Below, piece by piece: positions 12,317 through 59,171 of a stretch of 64,000 nt of DNA; the first letter of the stretch is position 1, and every line of letters starts with the position of its first letter. Under the pieces are notes generated by a model that saw only the letters and a program-made list of their open reading frames with translations, made no database searches and had not been told where the DNA came from. The translations under genes and the position numbers were made by a program. Source of the DNA: Scyliorhinus canicula (taxonomy: Eukaryota); the NCBI RefSeq assembly GCF_902713615.1, contig NC_052146.1, positions 202,697,199 through 202,761,198 on the forward strand. The letters are read 5' to 3'.

Positions 12317-15300
12317 GTCAGAAGGCAGGCACAGGGGAAGGTGGGTGAATGATGTTTTGTTTATGGGGGGGGGGATTGCTATGACGACGGGCATCTGAGG
12401 GTGAGCTGGGAGGGTCACATGACACAGACGGGGGCTGGCCCAAAAAAGGGTATGGCTGAGTGGCAGGAGAGGAGGATGGGGCTCCCCCCTCAGGCTGGTG
12501 ACGTGGAAAGTGAGGGATTGAATGGACCGGTCAAGTGGTCACATGCGTTCGCCTTTTTGTAGTAGACGCACACAAAGATAGGGGATCAGACAAGGTTGAG
12601 GAAAGGATGGGTCGGCCAGGTGTTCCACTCGGGACTGGACAAGGGGAGTGGAGGGGCTGGTGAATAAGCAAATTAATATGGTTACTGAGCCAAGCTTGGA
12701 CCGGTCGAGACCAAGGAAGCTGTCAGCAGTGGCGAAGGAGCTGAAGGGTTTCTAGGAGCATATTGGGGAGAGGGGGTGGCCCCGTGCAGGTTTGGGAGGC
12801 TGAGGGTGAAGGAATTTTCATATTTCTCCCATGTGCACCGGATGCACTCCCAGATTGACTTTTTTATGGTGGATAAGACGTCGCTGAAGGGGGCGGTCGA
12901 CTCAAGAGTACTCGGTAATTGTGGTCTCTGACCATGCGCCGCTCTGGGTGTATTTGTTGGCAGATGAGGTGGTGTGCGAGCGGGTGACAGCAGCCACCTG
13001 GGATATGTGGAGCTCAATGACTTGGTGAGGTCACGGCCGCCAAGTGGGATGCACTCAAGATGGTGGTTTGGGGTGGGGTGGGGTGGGGGTTTTTTTCAAT
13101 TTGGGCACGTAGGGAGAAGACGGAACGGGCTGGTGGAAGATTCTGAGGGTGAACAGGAGGTATTCGGAGCGAGGACTGCTGAAGGAGAGGCAGAGGCTTC
13201 AGAAGGAGTTCGGATTAGTGTACAGGGGAAAGGCGGTGGGGCAGTTGTGGAGGGCCAGTATATGAGTATGGGGAGAAGGCGAGCAGGATGCTAGCCCAGC
13301 AGCTGAGGAAGCAGGAGGCAAGCAAGGGAGATTGGTAGAGTAAAGGGTGAAACGGGCAGGGTGGTGTTGGACTTGGTGGGGGTGAATGGGGTTTTAGAGG
13401 CTTTTTACAGGAGATTGTACGAGTCAGAGCCCCCGGCCTTGTGGGGGTGGGGGGAATGATGCAGTAGTTCCCATGCAGTTTGGAGTTTCCCAGGGTGAAT
13501 GACGAGTTGGTGCAGTGATTGGTGGGGCCCCCAATCACATTGAGGGTGGGTTCACGGTGGAGTTTTATATAACGTTTGGGGAGGACCTGGGGCCACTGCT
13601 GGTGAGGGTGCACAATGAGGCCAGCGGGAGGGGTGAACTCCCCCCTACACTTTCGCAGGGATCCATCTCCCTGATATTGAGAAAGGACAAGGAACCAGAG
13701 CAGTGTGAATTGTACCATCCAATATCACTGTTGAATGTGGAAGCCAAGTTGCTGGCAAAGGTTTTGGCTTTGCAAATTTTGGGCTGTGTCCCGGGGTAAT
13801 GAGAGGGGACCAAACAGGGTTCGTGAAAGGGAGACAGTTGTCGGCAAATGTAATGGGCGGCATAGTAGCAGTGGTTAGCACTGTTGCTTCACAGCTCCAG
13901 GGTCCCAGATTCGATTCCCGGCTTGTGTCACTGACTGTGCGGAGTCTACACGTTCTCCCCTTGTCTCCTCCCACAAGTCCCAAAAGACGTGCAGGTTAGG
14001 TAATTTGGACATTCTGAATTCTCCCTTCGTGTACCCGAACAGGAGCTAGAATGTGGTGACTAGTGGCTTTTCACCGTAACATCGTTGCAGTGTTAATGTA
14101 AGCCTACTTGTGACACTAATAAAGATTATTATCAAATATGAGGAGGCTGCGTAATGCGATTATGATGCCTCCTGAGTGGCAGGTGGTGGCAGTGGCGGAG
14201 AAGGCGTTCGACCGGGAGGAGTGGGAATATCTGTGGGAGGTGCTGGGACAGTTTGGGCAGCAGTTTGTGGACTGGGTCCTGTTGATGTACACGGCACCTG
14301 TTGCAAGTGTGAGACGAACAGGGTGAGTTCAGGATATTTCAGGCTGCATTGCGGATGAGGCAGGGGTGCCCACTCTCCCCGTTGCTTTTTGCCTTGGCAA
14401 AACAGCCATTGGCAATTGAACGGAGAGCATCGAGGGATAGCATGGGAAGGGGGGTTTCGAGCACAGGGTTTCACTGTACGCAGACGACCCGTTATATATA
14501 TATCGGACCCACTGGGTGGCATTGTGGGGATTTTGGAGGACTTTGGCCGGTTCTCCAGGTACAAGTTGAACATGGGAAAGAGCAAGGTGGTCCAGATTGA
14601 GGCTAGAGGGCAGGAGAGGTTAGGGGAGTTGCTGTTTCAGGTAGTGGGGGTGAGTTTTAGATACCTGGGCATTCAGGTGACACAGGGTTGGGTGCAGCTG
14701 CACAAGTTAAATTTGACTCGGTTGGTGGAGCAGATGAAGGGGACTTCAAGAGGTGGGATGTGCTGCCATTGTCGCTGGGACAGGTGCAGACAGTAAAGAT
14801 GATGGTGCTGCCAAGGTTCCTGTTCGTAATTCAGAACCTTCTGATCTTTGTCCTGAAGTCATTCTTTAAAAAGGTTAATCAATGGGTTTGTACAGGCAGG
14901 GAAGGCCCGTGGGTCAAATGGGCTTTTTTGGAGTGGGGGGGAGGGGGGCGAGGAGGAGGGAGGTTGGTGATGCTGAATGTAATGAGCTACTACTGGGCAG
15001 GGAATATCGCCATGGTTAGGAAATGGGCAGTGGAGGAGGGCTCGATATGGGGGCAGGTGGAGGTTGTTTCTTGTAGGGGAACGAGTGTGAGGGCATTGTT
15101 AACAGTGCCTCTGCCGTTCTCGCTGGCCAGGTACTCCACGAGCCCAATTGCAGTGTCGGCCTTGAGGGTGTGGCACAGTGGAAGCAGCATTTGGGGCAGG
15201 AGGGTGTCTCGGTGTGGGCACCGATCTGTGATAAGTCATAGATTTGCATGGGGGGGGACTGGTGGCAGGCAGGGATGGATGATTCAGGGATCTGTTTGCA

Positions 15301-17655
15301 GCGGGCAGTTCTGCGAAATTAGAGGACCTGGAGGAAGAATATGAGCTGCCCAGGGGGAATGGTTTGAGATACTTGTAGGTTCGGGATTTTGTGAATAGAG
15401 GCGATGTCCTTTCCTGGTTTGCAACACAAGGTGATGTCGAAGGCAGAGATAGGGAAGAGGAAGGTGTCTGAGATCTCCAAGGAGCTGGGTGGGGAGGCCT
15501 TGCGCAGGGTGATTGCTTGCTCGTCATGTGCAAGGCTCAGCTTTATTCAGTTCAAAGTAATTCACAGGACACATACGATGGCTGCGCGGATGAGTAGGTT
15601 CTTTGAGGGAGAGGAGGATAGGTGTGGGAGGCCCGTGAATCATGCCCACATGTTCTGGGCATGTGCAAAGCTAAAGGGATTCTGGCAGGGGTTTGCGAAC
15701 ATACTGTCACAGGTGTTGGGGGTAAAGGTGTCCAGAGGTAGCAATATTTGGGGTGTCGGAAGATCCGGATGTCCTGGGGGCAATGTCTTGACCTTTGCCT
15801 TCCTGATAGCCCGGAGACGGATTTTACTTGGATGGAGGGTCCTAGAGCTGCCGAAAGCAGGGTTGTGGGTGAGCGCCTTGGCAGAATTCCTAAGGCTGGA
15901 GAAGGTCAAGTTTGTCTTAAGGGGGTCAGTTTATGGATTCACTCAGAGGTGGAAGCTGTTCATTGACTTCTTTAAGAAGTATTGAGGAGTCTGCAAAAGG
16001 GGAGGGAGTAAGGTGGTGAAAACAGTGGTTAGAACTGTTGTTTCAGTGCCAGGCACCCAGGTTCAAATAGCGGCTTGGGTCACTGTCTGTGTGGAGTCTG
16101 CACGTTCCTCTGGGAACATCGGTTTCCGCCCACAAATCCCGAAAGAAGTGCTGTTAGGTAATTTGGACATTCTGAATTCTCCCTCAGTGTACCCGAACAG
16201 GCGTCAGTGTGTAGCGACTGAGGGATTTTCACAGCAACTTAATTGCAGTGTTAATGTAAACCGACTTGTGACACTAATAAAGATTTAAATGGGGAAGGCA
16301 TGACAGGAGGGGACACAATTGGGGAGCGGGGGTGTTCATTATTTATAATGTTGTATAATTTTACTTTGGTTTGTTTTGATGAAAATGCTTGAATAAAATA
16401 TCTTTAAAAATGATTAAATCATGTTTAGTGATGTTGGCAGAGGCACAAATATTGACAAATAGGATTAGGGCATCTTAAATACCCACCACTGAAACCAAGT
16501 ACAGTCATGGATGGTTAAATAATGAACATTAATATAACATTTTGAACATCCCTTAGACTTTTGAGACAAACTCAATCTTGGATGTAAAAACTGCCACTGC
16601 TCATACAATCCCAACACACAAAAGCAAATTTAGGACAAAGATTACTTGCAAAATAAAGCATGAAACAAGCACATGACTTTCCAGATACAAGAGTTTCAAC
16701 GAAACTACAGAAGAGGCAAAAAAAGTGAGTGCCCTGCACACTGCACTACGTTTCCCAGGTTTCAGTTTATTAAATACCAAAAGTTCAAGAGGATTAATAC
16801 AGGCAGAGTACAGCTGTGTACCGCTGAAAATCCCGTTGGTTCAAAAAGAAAAGACAGTTGATAAACGTAAACAAGTCAAAACATTATGTGGAGAGGGTAT
16901 TGAAGGCACAGTTAAAGTATTATAAACTGGAAGAACATGGAACATAGAACAGTACAGGACAGGCCCTTCGGCCCTCGATGTTGTGCCGAGCAATGATCAC
17001 CCCACGTATCCACCCTATACCCGTAACCCAACAAACCCCCCCCCCCTAACCTTACTTTTTAGAACACTACGGGCAATTTAGCATGGCCAATCCACCTAAC
17101 CCGCACATCTTTGGACTGTGGGAGGAAACCGGAGCACCCGGAGGAAACCCACGCACACACGGGGAGGACGTGCAGACTCTGCACAGACAGTGACCCAGCC
17201 GGGAATCGAACCTGGGACCCTGGAGCTGTGAAGCATTTATGCTAACCACCATGCTACCGTGCTGTTCTGTAGTTCTGTAGTTGTGAAGAGTTCTGTAGAA
17301 ACGTCATACAGAATCAAAACATTAACTCTTTCTCACAGATGCTGCCATATTTGCTGAGTTTATCAAGCATTTATATATCTTGGAAGAAAACCTCGTCTAC
17401 CAGCATCGTTTAAGCTGAAATCTGCAAAACTTTGGAAACCAAAGGCAACGTGCATGCCTCCAGAAATGCTGGAACTATTTTCCCCTTCTCTTCCTCACAC
17501 ACTTGCTGCACAGAATCCCAGTTGCTGTACCTTCCTCTCTGCACTTGCGCGGCTTTAAACACCTCCTCCCGCTTCAGGACCACATGGTCCCCCTCGCTGA
17601 CAGTGTGGGCCCCGCTGCCGGCAGCTGGCAGCTCCCCGGGCCCGGACATCATCAT
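947..17655 (-). CDS. TRMT6: tRNA (adenine58-N1)-methyltransferase non-catalytic subunit, 5' part; join(complement 17531-17655, 8467-8597, 6438-6547, 5903-5994, 4879-4962, 947-1071); continues beyond left edge
   Basis: Six GT-AG exons with consistent phases give MMMSGPG...GDHVVLKREEVFKAAQVQRGR-KITFEKQWFYLDN...-EAGIDNRNIIDDGKSQKL...-DIVQHLIENSTTFRDKT...KKKKKK-YEAFITILKP...-YLRYDTLAQMLTLGNIH...ERLG, colinear with vertebrate TRMT6; head-to-head with MCM8. Confidence 0.96.
1421..1771. repeat. Perfect 173-bp tandem duplication
   Basis: 1421-1593 repeated at 1594-1766; AAAAG microhomology at junctions. Confidence 0.95.
2260..4328 (+). mobile_element. Penelope-like retroelement, 5'-truncated and frameshifted
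   Basis: IVKPADKGG, GTAMG, YTRYIDDIF reverse transcriptase; GIY-YIG endonuclease (VVYL..C...YIGET...RMNGH). Confidence 0.93.
4879..4962 (-). CDS. TRMT6: TRMT6 exon 5
   Basis: YEAFITILKPTTRIMAMMYHSREPGKI; donor GTGAGT. Confidence 0.95.
5300..5805 (+). mobile_element. Two adjacent tRNA-derived SINEs
   Basis: TTAGCTCAGTTGG..GGTTCAATTCC head; second HE1-like copy from ~5523. Confidence 0.75.
5903..5994 (-). CDS. TRMT6: TRMT6 exon 4
   Basis: DIVQHLIENSTTFRDKTGFAQEKYIKKKKKK; donor GTAAGC. Confidence 0.95.
6115..6420 (+). mobile_element. SINE (SacSINE-like) abutting TRMT6 exon 3 donor
   Basis: tRNA-like head, ATGGGTTCAAAACCCACC, L2-type tail. Confidence 0.55.
6438..6547 (-). CDS. TRMT6: TRMT6 exon 3
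   Basis: ETNEAGIDNRNIIDDGKSQKLSRDDIEALKGQGLKGQ; donor GTATGG. Confidence 0.95.
6815..7985 (+). mobile_element. 5'-truncated L1-clade LINE (ORF2 C-terminus + A tail)
   Basis: CARRSLIQFKVIHRTH, RRRILLGW, FTQRWKPF motifs; homologous to 15400-16400 and 36000-37130. Confidence 0.88.
8467..8597 (-). CDS. TRMT6: TRMT6 exon 2
   Basis: KITFEKQWFYLDNVIGQQYGTTFEV; CAG acceptor, GTAGTG donor. Confidence 0.95.
8710..8962 (-). mobile_element. SINE (HE1-like head, alternative tail)
   Basis: Same family as 13855-14130, 16015-16285, 23070-23341, 44898-45190. Confidence 0.8.
10334..10515 (+). mobile_element. Short tRNA-derived SINE nested in CR1
   Basis: GGTTCGATTCCC B-box, (TTTCA)n tail; relative on the minus strand at 57890-58066. 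Confidence 0.8.
10968..11186 (+). mobile_element. Solo LTR-like insertion (219 bp)
   Basis: TGTTA...TAACA termini, 4-bp TSD TGCT, internal ATTAAA; interrupts CR1 sequence cleanly. Confidence 0.75.
11830..16410 (+). mobile_element. Degenerate long L1-clade LINE (ORF1 3' end, G-rich spacer, ORF2, tail)
   Basis: ORF1 LAKRRA...LFK...PARLWVT; endonuclease start near 12500; RT DQTGFVKGR, RQGCPLSPLLF, LYADD ~14475; AATAAA + A-rich tail ~16392. Confidence 0.9.
16930..17263 (-). mobile_element. Young HE1-like SINE
   Basis: Near-identical to 27990-28337. Confidence 0.9.
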
Positions 17656-18545
17656 CGCCACCGACGCCACGCTACTCTTCCAAGTCTTGGCCAAGCACCA
17701 TCAATCCCCCGTCCCGGAGTGAAACAAACACACAAAAAGACTGGGAGGTTAATTTAGACGATGTCCCGTGTGCGGCTGCCGATAAACTGCTGTCCAACCG
17801 TTAACCGAGCTCGCGGATTCCTCCCGCGGCCGATTGAAGCGAGCGTGCAGCGCCGGAAGTGGAAACGGCCAAGCAGTGCGCACGCGCGTCAGTCAAGCCT
17901 CCCTGCGTCAGTCAAGCCTCCTCGCGTCATACGCACGCACGTCAGATAGACCACACCCACTTCACCTCTTACGTACGCGCGATAGCTAGACCCCACCCAC
18001 TCCATCCTGTACACACGCACAAAAGCTCGACCCACCCATCACGTCGCACGCCCGCGAGTTAGACCCCTCATGTCAGACGCACAGGCGATTCATGCCCCAC
18101 CCACTCCATAGTAAAAGCAAAATGCTGCGTATGTTGGAAATATGAAATAAGAACAGAAAATACTGGATGAACTCAGTATGTCTGGTAGAATCTGGGCAGA
18201 GTGAAACTGGATCAATATGACCTTAGTGCTCCTTGACTCCTTGTCATACGCATACCGCACCTCAGGCCGCTCGCACGCATGCGCGTTAGTCATGCTCCGA
18301 CCGCCCATTCTCGCCGCACATGCGCGTAGATTTCGCCCCATCCTCGACAACTCCCTTTTGTACGCATGCGCTTTGCTCAAACTCCGCCCCATCTGGCAAT
18401 TGGCGGGCGCGAGAAGGTGTGTTTGCGGTTCAAATTATCTGCTGGGTTCAATCCGTCCAACCGGTCAGCCAGAGCAACGCAGCACCTGGAGTTTGCGCAG
18501 AGTGACGGGGGAATTGGAGAGAGAAGAAACCGACCGGTCGCAGAT
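17530..18545. promoter_or_regulatory. CpG island / bidirectional TRMT6-MCM8 promoter
   Basis: CpG-dense; ETS/GABP CCGGAAGTG 17853-17861; NRF1 consensus TGCGCACGCGCG 17877-17888, ACGCATGCGC at 18275 and 18362; GC boxes; reverse CCAAT 18399-18403; E2F-like TTGGCGGG 18400; CHR-like TTCAAA 18429-18434. Confidence 0.85.
17531..17655 (-). CDS. TRMT6: TRMT6 coding exon 1
   Basis: ATGATGATG start; GDHVVLKREEVFKAAQVQR; donor AG|GTACAG. Confidence 0.9.
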
Positions 18546-18587
18546 TGATTTGGAGAAGCACAGCCAGGAAAAAACATCCTCCCCCAT

Positions 18588-18935
18588 CCAGTGCCGTATC
18601 ACTGGTGCCAGCCTCCCCAACCCAGTGCAGTATCACTGGTACCAGCCTCCCCAACCCTGTGCAGTATCACTGGTATCAGCCTCCCGAACCCTGTGCAGTA
18701 TCACTGGTACCAGCCTCCCCAACCCTGTGCAGTATCACTGGTATCAGCCTCCCGAACCCTGTGCAGTATCACTGGTACCAGCCTCCCCAACCCAGTGCCG
18801 TATCACTGGTACCAGCCTCCCCAACCCTGTGCAGTATCACTGGTATCAGCCTCCCCAACCCTGTGCAGTATCACTGGTATCAGCCTCCCCAACCCTGTGC
18901 AGTATCACTGGTACCAGCCTCCCCAACCCTGTGCA
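18588..18935. repeat. 34-bp minisatellite, ~10 copies, degenerate units continuing to ~19100
   Basis: Unit CAGTATCACTGGTACCAGCCTCCCCAACCCTGTG. Confidence 0.95.
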
Positions 18936-19159
18936 GCAGTGTCACTGGGACAACCTCTCCTCGCCAATCCAGTGCAGCAGTGTCACTGGGACAGTCTCTC
19001 TTTCATCCAGTGCAACAGTGTCACTGGGCCAGCCTCCCCTCTCCATCCAGTGCAGTGTCACTGTTTTCAGCCTCCCCCATCCAGTGCAGTGTCATTGGTG
19101 ACAATCTCAACTTTTCCTCCCACCCCCATCTCCAATCTTGGCCAGGGCAATAATCTGCA

Positions 19160-55540
<36,381 letters not shown>

Positions 55541-55618
55541 CTGCAGATTAATTAAGACTTCTACAGCAACTGCCTTTGTCGACTTATTTTCCTTTGAGGG
55601 AGTTAGTTCAAAGACAAG

Positions 55619-55773
55619 GGGCTGAATTCTCCGCCGGCGAGGTGCTCTGTTTTGCCGGCAGCTCGGTGTTTCCCGACGGCGTGGGGCTGTCCCACTATGG
55701 GAAACCCCATTGACCAGATAGTGTAATGGAGCATCCACCGAAATGTGGAGCGGCGGGACGGAAAATCCAGCCC
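55619..55773. mobile_element. 155-bp Harbinger-type MITE in MCM8 3' UTR
   Basis: TIRs GGGCTGAATTCTCCG / CGGAAAATCCAGCCC (13/15), 3-bp TSD AAG. Confidence 0.8.
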
Positions 55774-57096
55774 AAGGAGAGTTAAAGATTAAAGTACCTT
55801 TATTGATATTATTTCATAAATATTTTTGCAAATCAGCAAATAGTATGAGAGACGATTGAAATATTTAATTACTTGTACTAAATTTGAGCAAAATATTATT
55901 TTTAGTTTAATAAAAATAACCAGCCCAGTCTGGCAAGATACATACATATAAAGTTGCTTAATTAATTTCATTGTGTTTCAGAAGTGTGATTGAAATAGAT
56001 TTGTTCATCCTCATTATTTTCCTTCTCCACAAAAGACCATTTACCGTTCAATAAGGAGATCAAATTAGAGTAGGAGCTTGATATTCGCTGTCATAGAAAG
56101 CTGATCTTGAAACTACATCCAGTGCACTCCACGTAACTGTGGAGTTAGCTGTATTTTTGAGGAAAGGAGGTAAAATAGTTTGAAAGGCACAGAAGAATTG
56201 CACAGTATTGCATCTACCTGGTGTGATGTATGCCACTTGGGTGAATGGAGAATAAAAAGCAGTAAAATAATCTCCTGGGTGTTGCACAGGGGATTAAGAC
56301 CAGGTTGAGTGGGGTTAATCTGACCTGAGTGTGCAGACACAATTTAATTTCCTTTTTAAAAGTGTATAATGGAAACTCACTGACTAAACTTGCCACACTG
56401 TAGTTGTATCCTGTCACTGAAGACATAAGTATGTATGTGTCAGTTTTACATAGGTTTCCATCATAAATGCAAACTTAAGAATTTATATTAGGAGGCTTAA
56501 GTCTTGGCAGGTTGAAAGAGTGCAATGAACAAATGTTACTGAAAATCAGCATTAGATGTGCGACAGAAGAAATTGTTTGAACTTCATTGATGTGCCTTTG
56601 CTCTCAGGTGTCTGAAATTTAAGCAATAATATTTTGACTGCCGGGGTGCTTAGTACCTCAGCTGGGTTTTATCTGTGTATTTCTACGCTGGTGGTGGAAG
56701 TGTTTCAGTGGATTTACGGCATTAGTTTGGAGAAGGATCTACTTGGACGTTTTCCATAAATGTGTAGTGAGAAGACAATTTTTGTAAAAATAATCTTTTC
56801 CAATTTAGAAACATTGCTGGAAGTATGTAATGAATCATAGTACACTTTTGTTTCAACTTTGTAGGTATTTATGCCATTAAGTAATTGTTCCCTGAACTCT
56901 TTATAGAAATTTTACTTCAAATGTTAGTGTATTAACATTTGTACAAAAACAGCTTTTGGTTCAGAAATACAATGTTCTGTAATTCCGTTATAATCTATAA
57001 AGTATAGAAAGGAATTTCTGTCCATCTAATAAGAACATGTATTTTGAAAAATGAAGTTAACAAAAGCTATTAAAATTGTATATATTTTAAACACTG

Positions 57097-57102
57097 AATA
57101 AA
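57097..57102 (+). terminator. Candidate MCM8 polyadenylation signal (proximal alternative AATAAA at 55909-55914)
   Basis: AATAAA followed by T/GT-rich tract (TTTTTGTTTGG). Confidence 0.4.
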
Positions 57103-59171
57103 TATACATTTTTGTTTGGACTGATACCATTATTAAGACCTGTGTTTATAATTCTTTTTTTTTTTGTCAGTCTATGTATTTGACGAGAGAGAGTATCATC
57201 CAAATTTTGAATCAAGTACAGAAATCGAAGCATTGAAAAGTTTGGTGTTCAAGTGGCCCTTCTATATGTGTGAGCCAGCATAATTGTGCAGTGTAAGTTC
57301 ACTGGAGAACATACCAGAAACTGTAAAAAATGACTGTCAAGCCAGTGCATGCAAGTTAAATAAAAGGCAAGCATTTATATAGCACTTTTCATGACCAACT
57401 GACATCTGTTGTCATAAATGTAGCTGCTAGTTTGCTGTTTACGAAAGCTTGTTGAGCATAATATGATAGATAATAACTAGATTTTTGTTTTGTAATGTCA
57501 ATTGAGGAGAAGGGAACTATTGGCCAGGGCACTGGAGAGAAAATAAAAGCAGTGCTGGAAAAACTCAAGACTGGCAGCATCTATATGGAGAGTGAAACAG
57601 AGTTAACATTGAGTCAAATATTCTTTGGAACTGAGTTTTTGGGTCATGTTTTGCTGGGGATGTCATCTGACATGTTAAACTGAGGCCCCGGTTGCCTGCT
57701 TGAGTGGATGTAAAAGATCCCAAGGCACTACTTTGAAGACTAGCAAGGTTAGGAAATCAAAATACTGAATGCTGGAAATCTGAAATTAAAACAAAGTGCT
57801 GGAAAAACTCATCAGGTCTGGTAGCATCTATGGAGAGAGAAAAAGATCATCTTTATTATAGTGTCATAAGTAAGCTTATAGGAAAAAAAAATGAAAATCG
57901 CTTATTGTCACAAGTAGGCTTCAATGAAGTTACTGTGAAAAGCCCCTAGTCGCCACATTCCGGCGCCTGTCCGGGGAGGCTGGTACGGGAATCGAACCGT
58001 GCTGCTGACCTGCTTGGTCTGCTTTAATAGCCAGCGATTTAGCTCAGTGAGCTAAACCAGCCCCTGGTATATTAACACTGCAATGAAGTTAAGGTGAAAA
58101 TCCCCAGTTATCATCGAGTCGAATATGACTCTTCAGAACAGGTTTTAATATTTTTATTATTTTTGTAGGTATTTATGATATTAACTGTTCCCTGAATTCT
58201 TCGTAGAAGTTTTATTTCTGACATTAAGGGGTATTTTTGCAAAAATATCTTGTAGTTCAGAAAATTAGGTTCTGTAATGATCTACAACATATGGAAAGGA
58301 GTTTCTGTCCAGTGAAACAAGAATATAATTCAAAAAATGCAATGAACAAATATAACTGAAAATCAGCATTCAACAGATTGAATGGGATCCTCAACAGAGC
58401 CATTACTAGTTTAAATCCAATTTTCAAATTGGGTTCCTCTCAAACAACTAACGATGCAAAAGAAAGTAAAAAAAATGCTCCACATGTTGTCACTGTGTTT
58501 TTCAGCTGTGGGGCGAGGGTGAATGCAAAAAAAAAAGTTAACATGAGAACACAGGCTCAAACAAGAACATTAATTTTGGATATAAAACCCCCAAAAAATG
58601 GAAATAGTCTAGTCAGAACCTAAGCGTCTTTCCACAACTGCTTTCTGATCTCTGTAGTTCCAGTACTGTACTATTTTTGATTTCCAGAATTCACAGCACT
58701 TTCATGAATGTAAATTTTGGACTGAAGGCAGGGAATTCATTGCAGAAGGAATGATCAATGTATGCAGATGACTTACAGCTGAGAGAAATGGAGGCAAAAC
58801 TCTGCAATTATTAAAGATAATGAGCAAATACAACACTAGAGCTTGGGGATAAGGCATTGCTGGGTGAAATTAATGAAGATGGGTTTCCTAATTTGGTGAG
58901 TGAATTTGAACCAAAATAAAAACAAATGCTTGAAATACTCCTCAGCAGTCCAGGCAGAATCTGTAGAGAGAAACAGGGAATTTTTGTTTGACGAGGATGA
59001 CTGCATTGGCACCAACGGTCATCGACCTGAAACTTTATTTTTCTCTCCACAGATGGAACCTAGCACTTATTTTAGGTTTCCAGTATCCAAGTATTTCTTC
59101 TCTATTGGCTTTTAGACCAATATAGTTAGTCACTTAAGTAATACAAAACTTGAATATCACCAAAAAGAATT

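Noticed and set aside
17656-17694. N-terminal extension MAKTWKSSVASVA of TRMT6 in the ORF track
   Set aside because: Starts at TTG; the first ATG is at 17655
18588-18935. CRISPR-like array (34-bp partly palindromic repeats)
   Set aside because: Units are contiguous with no unique spacers; eukaryotic context and no cas genes
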